From Marsupella aquatica (taxonomy: Eukaryota > Plantae > Marchantiophyta), in the NCBI GenBank assembly GCA_973895155.1, contig OZ316893.1, positions 7,340,963-7,404,962 on the forward strand: 64,000 nucleotides of DNA, read 5' to 3'. The notes under the pieces were generated by a model that ran no database searches, was not told where the DNA came from, and worked only from the letters and a program-made list of their open reading frames with translations. The position numbers were made by a program, and so were the translations under genes. Below, in pieces: positions 49,531 to 59,990 of the stretch (the first letter of the stretch is position 1; each line of letters opens with the position of its first letter).

Positions 49531-50458
49531 GAGCGCAAACTTGCACGACAGCTTTTGATCTTGCTGCCTCCTAACCAAATTTCTTCCACTCCCTTCCACG
49601 ATTAATCCTCTGTTCCACGACCGATCTGCGCCTCAACAGTCAGGAAATTACAGAGCTGCACCAGATGTTGGTCCGCCCCCGATTTTCGTTCCAGTTTAGG
49701 GATTCAACCCAACTCCTATTCAGACCACACCAATCACTGAGGGAAGAGCTTTCCACAGCACCAAGCATCAGCCCACCATAGCTCTTCGCCAAGCTTCCTT
49801 TCCGTTCGCCCTTTGCAGATGCACGCCCACACTCCAAGCACCTGACAGTCCAATTTGTCTCAAACTTAGCATTTTCTAATTTTTGGGTTCATGAATTCAT
49901 GAAGCTTTCGCCACCTCCACTTCAGGATCCAGGAAGGTCATAACCCTTCATGAATTCATGAAAGGGAATCAAGTATCATTTTGAAAGAATCTAGTAAAAA
50001 GTCAAAATTTGGGCCCAAAATAACAAATACCATGGGTAAAAGAAATACAAGAAAAACCAAAAAAACCTCTAAAAACAAAGGTCATCGAAGACATTTTTTG
50101 TTGCAATTGAGTAGTCTCCAAAAACATCAAAGAAAACATGGGGTAAAAATGACCAATGCATTACTGATACACTATCTTAAGAGTTTGGCATGAAAACATA
50201 TGCTTTAAGTAAAAAATAAAATTATGAGAAGACTCACAATATTCAAGGAGAAGACTTCACAGGAATGAATTAACCAAGTCTCCAAGAACTCTAATGAGTA
50301 TTAGAAACCTGAAAACATAAGTAAACCTGTGAGATTTGGATAAATAATAAACTATTTTCTCATGAAAGATTTCTTTCCTTGTCACTAATTACTAATGAAG
50401 GGCGTGGCCCTTTTTCTTATTTTATTGCTAATTAAGTTTTTGAGTTATTTCCAAAATC

Positions 50459-50465
50459 TATAAAA
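50459..50465 (+). promoter_or_regulatory. Possible TATA box for the transposase
   Basis: TATAAAA about 100 bp upstream of ATG 50564. Confidence 0.35.
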
Positions 50466-50563
50466 GGGGCTTTGTATTCATGACTATATCTCATTTCGAT
50501 TTTTCAGTTTGAGTTCATTTGGTGTTCTAGGTGTTCCCTTGTGAGTTTTGTGCAATTTTTGAA

Positions 50564-53500
50564 ATGGCAGCCTGTTATGAGTCAGACGATTATTTTGATG
50601 GTATTTCGGATGATGTTTCCTTCCCGGATTGTCCTTGTCCTGTTACTTCTCCAGATGCTCCTAGTAAAACCACTATTTTGGAGATGCTTCCCCCAACTCC
50701 AATGAGTAAGTTGAAAGGAAAGGCTCTAAGTGTACCAAATATTCAGCAAAAAGTATTTGGTCCTTGTCTGAGTGAGCACTCTGAGTCTTCGGACTCATCT
50801 GAGAGTACAAGTCCCCCTGGCCGTCAAGTATTATCGAATCCTTCTCAAAGGGGGGCTAAATTGGGTGTGCGTTCTGTAGGCCCTCAACATAGTGGAGATG
50901 TGAAAAAGAGGACTCATGAATTCATGAAGGCCAGATCTGGAGATGTGTCAAAAACGCCTTGTGAAAGCCCAAATGTGGATTTTTGTGCACTCCGGGAAAG
51001 TCGTGGTGTGCAACATGCACCAATGAAAGAGAGTGAGTATTCTTGTCCTACATCTTTCAGATTTCAAGAAGGAGTGAGAGCGGAAACAAGGAGGCCGCTT
51101 GGAACTGAGACTAATTCGAACAAGGAGAGGATCAATTTGAGAAGATCTCCAGGGAACTTATATCGTTTGGCTGAGGTTGGAAGCGGATCTAAGTCGGCAT
51201 ACAACAAGGGCAAGAAGAAGGTCTTTGAGGAGATTCCAAACAAGAGGCCAAGAGAGTCAACCGAAGGTGGTTTCTTTGGGGATTCAGATGGAAATCGATC
51301 AAACTCACTCATTTTGAGAGTGAAGGAGGAGCCATTGAGTCCTCGAGGGCCCGCTCGAGGCCGGGTGAGGAGGGGTTTGTCTGCATACCAACTCGATAAA
51401 CTTGTGGAGATATCTTCTTCAATCGAAGAATCTTCTTCTGAGAGTGATGGAGAGCCTGCAGAGAGAGTTATGATGGCTAATAAATGACCGTCAAATCTCA
51501 GCTTGTGTGAAACAAAGATGACAGACGTGGATATCAAGAAGACAAATCGTAAGTACTGCTGTCAACGTCATTGTCTCCTGAGTCTTTCACCAAAACAAAT
51601 TCGTGAAGCACGCTCAAAGTTTTTGAGGCAAAAATCTCAGGATCGATCTTTATCTTTGCAGTGGCTCGTCAAGCAAGACGGAAATGAAGAGGGGAGGTCC
51701 AATGTCACATACATGATTGGACAAAGAGATGTGTGTCGGAAAGCTTTCAAGATGGTCTTTTGTGTAGGAAATGAGAGATTGAATAGGATCAAGAAGCTAG
51801 GCAATCAAGATCTTGCTTATCCTAGACCGGCTGGTCGACCTCCATCTGTGAGAACATTGGTATTGAGCTCTTGGTTGAAGTCTTTTTTTGAGACGCGTGT
51901 GGAGACTCTACCAAATAAAGATGTTTCACATTTGCCTGATAATTATTCCAAACTAGAAGTTTGGAAAATATATGATTCAAGCTATGTGATCACTGATGAG
52001 TCATCCAAAATATCATATCGGCAATTTTTGAAAGTATGGTCACAAGACTTTGGGCATGTGAAGATTCCTCCTGTGAATCATTTTAGTCTCGTTTTAGTTT
52101 GGACTGTGAGTCTCTGAAACTGAAAAACGTAAGTCATTTTCATTTTTGTTGTTTTGAACATGTCTTTGTATTAGATTTGTCAGGAAATCAATTGAGTAAT
52201 GGCTAAACATTAGGAATGAATTTCAAGTTAACAACTTTGCTCTACCATTTTTTGATTCATTGCAGGGAGAGGAGAAATAATGTTACAAAAACATCGAGAA
52301 CAACAATCGAAAGAGCGGGAAAAACTAGCAAAGCATCGAAAGAAATGTTTCACAAACCCAGAAAAATATTTGGGAGTTGTGATTGATGGAATGGATCAAA
52401 AAAAGACTAGATTACCCCATTGGCCACGTCCTCCAAAATCCGTTGATGAGGCCTGTTTAATCCAAATGCATGTGGTTGGTTGTCTTCTTTTCCACGGAGC
52501 ACTATTTTCTAGGGTGTTCCTTAATTATCCAGTTCTCCATAATGATGGAAATCTTACCATTACTATTTTACAAAGAGTATTCCTAGAATACCAAGAGAAG
52601 TATGGGGGCCTTCCACCAGTTTTTTACCTTCAGCTTGACAATACAAGTAGGGAAAACAAAAACAATTTACTTTTCACATATCTTCACATGCTGGTACAAA
52701 AAAAGGTATTTCGAAAAATCAAACTTGGATTCCTCTTAGTTGGACACACCCATGATCAAATAGATCAGATGTTTAGTAGGTTCTCAAAAAGGCTTGGAAG
52801 ATTTAAGGCCTTTACCTATGATAGTTTATGTAAGATTATTCAAGAATCTTACCAACCCCAACCTGAAATTACCCTTTTAAATGAGACATATGATTTTCGA
52901 AAATTTGCTTTCTCAGAGCCTGCTTTGATCAGAGAAAGGATACGAAATGTTACTTTTCATCACCAATATAAAATTTCTTTTGCTTGTGAAGATGATCAAG
53001 TTCCAACACAATGGGGGAAGAAATTTTCCACCGACACGGTTTGGAAACCAGAAGGAGGTGTTAAATTGTTGAAAGAAGACATGCCACCAAAGGTGATTGG
53101 GTGCTCTGATGGGATGCCACTTATCAAGAAAGGAGACAAGAAACGAGATGACGGAAGGGCGGGAAATCAAGCTCATGTATCATCTTCAGGAAAAATGACC
53201 CTGTCCGAAATGGATGATTGTTTGAATGAAATTCAAAAAGGTATATTTGCAGCTCAGATATTATTCTCGGAAGAAGAAGTTGTTTGGTGGACTTCTTTAT
53301 TTGAGGAACAAAGAGAATTCAATCAATCTCTCTTGCTTGAAGAAAGACCTTTGATCTCTCCATTTGAATGGCCCAAGGCACAAGGGGATACAAATGTTGA
53401 AGCTAATCTCGGAGCTGAACCTCTTACAACAATATTGAATGAGGAAGAAATTGAAGAGAGAGTGTACGGTCCAACTAGAGAAATTTATGTTGGTCCATAT

Positions 53501-54013
53501 CGAAATCAAGAAAAGATAGATGCAGAGAAGGAGAATATGGAAGGTGATTTTTCTGATTTGGAAATCAACACATTTATTTCTGTGGCCGGAGAGAAGTCTG
53601 AATCATTTTGGGTGGCTAAGGTAGAAAAAATTGTTCTTCGTGATGAGGCTCACATCCCAAAGATTATCTCAGTTCTGTGGCATGCAGCAAAGAAAGGATC
53701 CGACCCTTGGAAAGGAAAATATCTGCCAGAAGTGTTGAGTTACGAGAAGAAGAAAAGTGGACGAGGCAAGGGAACCTTGAAACCAGTTTGGTTTCGTCAA
53801 GACCTTGATCTGTCTTCAACTACGGTCTTTGCATATAATTTTATGCTAACAAGGTCTGATACTCTTTACAAGAAAACAATAGATCGTATTAAAATACGAC
53901 TCTCAGAATTTCTCAAGGAGGAGAAAGACCAAGAAGGTGAAGGTAGCATAGTTAGAAATTATCAACAAGAAACTTCAATGGAAGTTCCTCTAGAAATGAA
54001 TGGTAGGAATTGA
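50564..54013 (+). pseudogene. DDD-type transposase (Sola/DUF7869-like), one premature stop and one intron
   Basis: CCQRHC and VCRKAF Cys motifs; catalytic-type motifs VIDGMDQKK, LQLDNTSRENKN and FLLVGHTHDQIDQMFS. In-frame TGA at 51485; TTGCAG acceptor at 52265. Confidence 0.8.
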
Positions 54014-54683
54014 GATTTACCAATCTTAGCAATTTTGTCAAACAAGAGTATTTGCAATTTATTATTGTTTGAGTTGGTGGCAAACCATAAATGTTGTGAA
54101 TGATGAATTCATGAATTCATGAATGATATTGAAAGAAGTTTGACATTTTGAGAATGTCCATCGTGTGGGCAGTCTTGTTTGAGAAATTCAGAAAACAAAA
54201 TATCAACTAAAAGAGGTACCTTCTAGAATCTCATATATATTTGGAAGCTTTTGATATACTCGTCATTCCCTTTGTGTGAATGATGGTTTTTCTTGGTAAA
54301 TGAACCCTAGGATCCTACAAACTGCAAAATAATTTGGAAATCTTGACCCTCTTTTAAAAACTTTACATATTTGGGATGTCAATGAACTTTAGGGTGGTGT
54401 TTCAAGGGTGAATGTGTTATTGAGCCGATTGAATGTGTGCAAGTAGTAAATTGCAACATTGAAATATGTGGTACTTGCTTATTAAATGTTTCCCACAACC
54501 AGTTTTGTGATTTTGAGTAGTCAAAATGATGCCCTATTTTGTGTTTTTTTGCAAGTTTTGAGTTCTTGCCAAAAAAAGAGCTTGTTTTTAGATGCATTTT
54601 TTGCCTTTTTCCATATTTTCAAGGTTTTTTATCATTAGTTCTTATACATTGGGCTTATTACCCATCCTTTAAGGCTTCGTGTT

Positions 54684-54975
54684 CTTGGCCTTTCAGCCAA
54701 GCCACCACACCTCGGGCAAAGCATTGGTTTATTGTAGAGTTCATCACTTTACTTTTTCCAGTGACTCTTCGATACAACTCCTCAATACTTGAAACCACCT
54801 TTGGTTGTGGTTTCCGATCATACCTGTATCCACTCTTGGAATACATTGGTCCGAACACTGCTTCAATCTCTGCCACAGAAATATCCTCATTTGTCAAAGT
54901 TGTGATGTCCATCCCGCCTGTAGTCAAACCTCTATTCTTAACAAACCAATGGACATCTCGAATCTCCTCCCCCAT
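54684..54975 (-). pseudogene. 5' segment of the disrupted RING gene
   Basis: IEELYRRVTG..FARGVVAWLKGQ continues in frame at 45360. Confidence 0.7.
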
Positions 54976-57139
54976 GCTACCAAATTCTTAATCTGCACGT
55001 TCAATTGCAAGAACAAATCAGCTCCAGCTCATTTGCTAAACCTACAGGCCACATATATAAATTGAAGTCCATCATGCACAGAGACAGCTAGATACTAAAT
55101 GACCAAAGAGTGCATCTATCACAGGGCTGATAATCTATATAATGCGCTTCACATACACCAGTTTTCTCAGGTAAACAACAACTTAATTAAATAGCAGGGC
55201 TTGCTGACAAGCAATTCAAGTAAGCGACATACATGTCTAGACTTCAAGGACTTAACAGGAAAACTGGAAACAAGAGTGGACATTGATAACAGGAATCAAC
55301 AGGAAAATAAGTATACACAACTTCAAGAAAATGAACAGGAACAAGGACTCAAGGAGATTAATAGGATAAAGGATTGCATGTACACTTCAAGGAATTAACA
55401 GGAACAAGGACTCGAGAAAGCAAGATGCCTGGACTCAAGGAAATTAACAGGATAACAGGATAGTACAGTTCAAGGAAATTAACAAGGAAAAAGGACTCAA
55501 GAAAGCTGACAGGATCAAAGGACTCTGAAAGGAAATCAACAGGATAAAAGGATTACGTTCACTTCTACAAAAGTACTAGGGAAAAAGGACTGGTATGTAT
55601 ACATCAAGGACATAGGACTAGACATGAAGGAAAATAACAAGGAAGGAGGAAATCGGACACGACACTTTCAAGAAAGCTGGATGACAAGGAACGGGCCAGG
55701 AAAATAGAACGGCACTGCTTGTGGATACAGGAAAACAGTCATAACAAAATGTCAAGGATAGAGGTCCCGGTAGAATTAAGGAACATGCATGACTAGAACT
55801 CCAAGGAACAAAGAGCATACTTAGCACGCAAGGAAAAAATAGTAACTTCAATGCACATAATCAATCTTCAGAAAATGAACCAGATTTAGCTTCACAAGAC
55901 ACAAGATTTCAAGCTTGACCAAGCAGCAAGAGAGTCGATTCATCTACCTCGCAATCCTTAGCTTAATTAAGCACACATGACTGGACATAAAAAAATGGAA
56001 CAAGCTAAAATAATGACACGGCGTACATGATTGGGATTCCAGTTCAAAGTTGTAAGTTGAAATTCTGGTGATAAACCTTCTGCTCGATCGGATGCAAGGA
56101 CAAGTTTGATTGCATGAGGTTTGATCTCATTCTATGAGCTGTATTACGATCATGGCAGAATAGAACACACACAACAGCACAAATCGGTATGCTGAGAATT
56201 GGGGTTCCTGATCTTTGAAACTTACTATTAATGACATTTAATTAATTAACCTGAATCCTACCCGGCTTCCTACTTAGATGAACCAGAATCCACGATATTC
56301 AAGCTAGGCGCACCAGATTGAGCTTCAAGGGACTACACTTAGGTTAAAGACAGAGATTTCAACCTCAGATAGGATACACCCAAGGATACGTACACCTATC
56401 CAACAATCTTCAACTAGTTAAATTAAACGTACATGAATGGACATTGAATAGTTGAAGCGAGAGGGACGTATCGAGCTCAAATATAATGACACATACATGT
56501 GTCAGTTGCAAGATGAAATTATGTTTATAAACCTTGTATAGAACTGGAATGCAATGACAACTTCAACTGCGCGCTACATGAGCTAATTTCTACAACTTAA
56601 ACCCTGGAATCATATTAGGGTTGTCTTTGGCAACTAGCGCACCATCTCTAGGGATCTCCTCTTACCAAGAGCTATTGAATCAAGCATAGCTTTGGGCAAA
56701 TTGAAGCTAGTTACGCACCTTCTCTTTCCACTTTGTTTGCAGATCAAGGATGTAAAATATGCTCACGGGACACTGCGGGCATTGAAAGATTTTAAAACTT
56801 TCAGTCACCCGTTCATTTTTTATACATCCCGCCCGTGGACCACTAGCCTTGGCGTCATCAATGTCCTGAGTAAAAGAAATACAGTCCACATAATGTTATC
56901 AGCATGGCTTCTTGATTCTATAACTGAGCAGAAAAACCTGAAATGTCTCGACAATTTAGCTAGGATTGGGAGGCGCACCTGTTGTTTCCGTATCTTTGAT
57001 TGAGGACATGTGCAAGACATACTCGCAGATTGATGGAATGCTTTCAAAGTAAGGTTGAGAACTTCAATGATAGGAAGCGGGAATGTCAGAAAAACAAGGG
57101 CACAAAGACCAAGCGGGACGGACAATTTCAAAAGTAGTG

Positions 57140-57630
57140 GAGTGGAGCCAAGATTGAAATGCTCATAAAATCTGCCCAAGTTTCAGCACAAAATGCAACG
57201 CTACGATGAGGTAAAGCCAAGATTGAAATGATCATAAAATCTGCCCAAGTTTCAGCGCAAAATGCAACGCTACGATGAGGTAAAGCCAAGATTGAATCAG
57301 CTGGCTCCAAAGTTCCGCCCAGATTTCAGTGCAAAAAACAACGATGTAATGAGGTTGAGCCAAGACTGATTCGACTAGCTCATAATTTTGACCAAAATTT
57401 CAGGGCAGACGGCAAAGCCAGCATGAGGTGGAGCCAAGAATTAATCAACTGGCTCATAAAATCAGCCCAAATTTCAGCGCAAACGGCAAAGCAAAGATGA
57501 GGTGGAGCTAAAAATAAATCAACCAGCTCATCAAATCAGCCCAAATTTCAGCGCAAATGGCAAAGCAGAGATGAGGTGGAGCCAAGATTGAATGAGTTGG
57601 CTCATTAGTTCACCCCAAATTTAAGCGCAA
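57140..57630. repeat. 69-74-bp tandem repeat, about 7 copies
   Basis: GCCAAGA-type anchor at 57147, 57216, 57285, 57359, 57433, 57507 and 57581. Confidence 0.9.
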
Positions 57631-58224
57631 GAAGATATATTCGTGATTAAAGCTTTTGGATCCTTGCAGAGTTTTTCGGACACTTGAAAGTTGCTGTAGC
57701 ATTTGACTTAACGTCCATCCATCGTAGATTGATATCTGTATCAAATCCTTACCATCCATTCAAAATAAGACTCATCTTTTATTTCTGACTTGCTTTGATT
57801 GTGGCTGGTTTGGTCATTAGTTATACTTTTAAATTCAAAATTATCAAAGGATTCTAAATACAAAGTCCTTTCATGTAGTCCTTGTTTTTCATACTATTAG
57901 ATACAAGAGAATTCATTTTAAAGTCCTTTACTTAGTTGTTCCTTAAGGGTACACCCAATTGTGAATGGGGCCCTTGGGTGCTTTTGGGTGGTCAAGGTGT
58001 GTTTGCACAATACTATTGGAATAGGAACATTTCAAAATTTTCTTTCCTCTTTTTCCTATTTCTAAACTCCTTTTTAACCTTGCCAACATTAAATAAACCA
58101 GAAAATGCACATTTAAAGATAGAAAATGAAAGGGAGTGAAAACCAATTTTATTTACGGGTCCAGTTAGAGACTTCTGTAAATCTAAAAATTCTGTCAAAA
58201 TTCCACATCACCCTGTAAATATCC

Positions 58225-58472
58225 AGCCATTAGATGGTTTGAATCCAACCATCTACATCCATTTTGTGTGTGAAGACTCGTGTGAAGGCTCGTGTGGCCT
58301 CCCAACTGAAAATGAGTTTTCCTACCATTAGATGTTATGAATCCAACCATCCAGATTCTTGTTGTGTGTGAATACTCGTGTGGTCTCTTAGCTCAAAAAG
58401 AACTTTTACACCATTAGATGTTTTGAATCCAATGATCTATGTTGCTTTTGTGTGTGAAACCTCGTGTGAAGA
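58225..58472. repeat. Approximately 90-bp tandem repeat, 3 copies
   Basis: CCATTAGATG..GAATCCAA..TGTGTGAA.ACTCGTGTG at about 58228, 58325 and 58412. Confidence 0.75.
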
Positions 58473-58949
58473 GTAATGTCACTTCTCGACACAAACAACT
58501 CTATTAAACTAAACCTATCCATGCTTGGATGTTGACATAACTAGATTATGCCCTTTATGGTGCCTAAGGAATAAGAAGAACTTGGGCAGTAGGTCGGCTT
58601 TGAAAAAAATCAATATTTGAAAAATCTCCAGCTTGGGTATTAGGTACATATTTTAAAAGGCAATTTAATTACAATAAAATAAAATAAGCTTGGTAAGCAA
58701 CATATAAAGCATTTTCTCAACCTCTTGAAGCCATACAAGTAAAATGGGAAAGAATATTAGAAATATAAGTAGGGGTGAACGATCATGAGGAAGGTGGGGT
58801 GAATAAGCGAGGGTTTGATCATGGGAAACTTACATTGAAGTTTAATGCAAGGATTATTACAATGTTAACATGTGGAAGGGTCCAGTTATGAAAATATTGT
58901 TTTGAAGTGGTATTGAATGTTAGATTTTTGGAATGTAAACTCTAGAGTA

Positions 58950-59990
58950 TTATAACCTTGTTTTTAAGTTACAACTTGTCAAACAATACTCAAACCCTTG
59001 AATATATGTGTACCAACTAATTTAACTTATGACCTTATTGATTTTGAAGTTACAAATGGGATCAAACATCATAAAGACCCTTGTAGATGTGTGTACCAAA
59101 ATGCCTTGACTTGTAACCATCCCGGATAACCTAATTTTGATTTTGAAGTTACAACTAGGGTCAACCAGTACACTAACCCTTGTAGATGTGTGTACCATAA
59201 TGTCTTAACTTGTGGTTACCTTATATTGATTATAAGTTACAACTGGGGTCAAAGAGTACACCAACCCTTGCAGATGTGTGTACCAAAATGCCTTAACTTG
59301 TAACTTTATATATTGATTTTGAAGTTACAAATGGGGTCAAACAATACACCAACCCTTGCGGATGTGTGTATCAGAATGCCTTAACTTGTAACCTTATATT
59401 GATTTTATAAGTTACAATTGGGGTCAAACAGTACACCGACCCTTGCAGATGTGTGTACCAGGATCTCGGGGGGGGTCACTATATGGAGGGTCATACATCG
59501 TGTGCGACGTTTTAGGGTTTGACCCCCCTAACTTTAAAGTGAAAAATATTTTTTTGCAAAGCCCTTTCTTTCTTAAAATTTTGTCATTTTTTATTAAAAA
59601 ACCCCTAAAAAATTTATAGAAAGTATTTTTTGCAATTAAATAGGCCTATGTGTTCTTTAAAGTCGACCAATCAATAAAACATGCCCTATATGTTCTTCCA
59701 CCAAACTTTGGAAGTCTTCCGCCACACCCATTTAAATGGGCCTATACTTCGTCGCACGTGATGTGTCACTTCCGTGGAAGTGACCCCCCCGAGACCAGGA
59801 TGCCTTAACTTGTAACTTTATATTGATTTTGAAGTTACAATTAGGGTCAAACAATACACCGACCCTTGCGGATGTGTGTACCAGAATGCCTTAACTTGTA
59901 ACCTTATATTGATTTTGAAGTTACAATTAGGGTCAAACATTACACCGACCTCTGCATATGTATGTACTATAGTTTATTGCCTTAACTTGA
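58950..59990. repeat. Approximately 86-bp tandem repeat interrupted by a MITE
   Basis: GATTTTRAAGTTACAA-type anchor at 59315, 59401, 59825 and 59911, plus earlier degenerate copies. Confidence 0.9.
59465..59793. mobile_element. MITE with CTCGGGGGGG..CCCCCCCGAG ends and 8-bp TSD
   Basis: ACCAGGAT at 59457-59464 and 59794-59801. The imperfect TIR extends about 45 bp. Removal restores a repeat unit. Confidence 0.88.

Larger units (their letters stand above)
48806..54124. repeat. Dispersed 16-bp palindrome TTCATGAATTCATGAA, five copies
   Basis: Perfect at 49888-49903, 49947-49962 and 54108-54123; one mismatch at 48806-48821 and 50913-50928. Confidence 0.85.
45365..54683 (+). mobile_element. 9.3-kb TIR DNA transposon (Sola/DUF7869-like) carrying a ParB-like/DNA methyltransferase gene
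   Basis: 24-bp TIR AACAMGAAGCCTTAAAGGATGGGT (45365-45388 / 54660-54683). CTTG duplicated at 45361-45364 and 54684-54687. The empty site restores WLKGQALDWAKY. Confidence 0.9.

Noticed and set aside
48906-49599. Gly/Arg- and Pro/Phe-rich ORFs in several frames
   Set aside because: Artefacts of the low-complexity minisatellite.
55000-57130. Possible LTR-like element with AACAGGA/AAGGACTC degenerate repeats
   Set aside because: No termini, TSD or coding motifs found.
57140-59990. Tandem arrays as CRISPR-like loci
   Set aside because: The units are contiguous with no unique spacers, no cas genes are present, and the context is eukaryotic.
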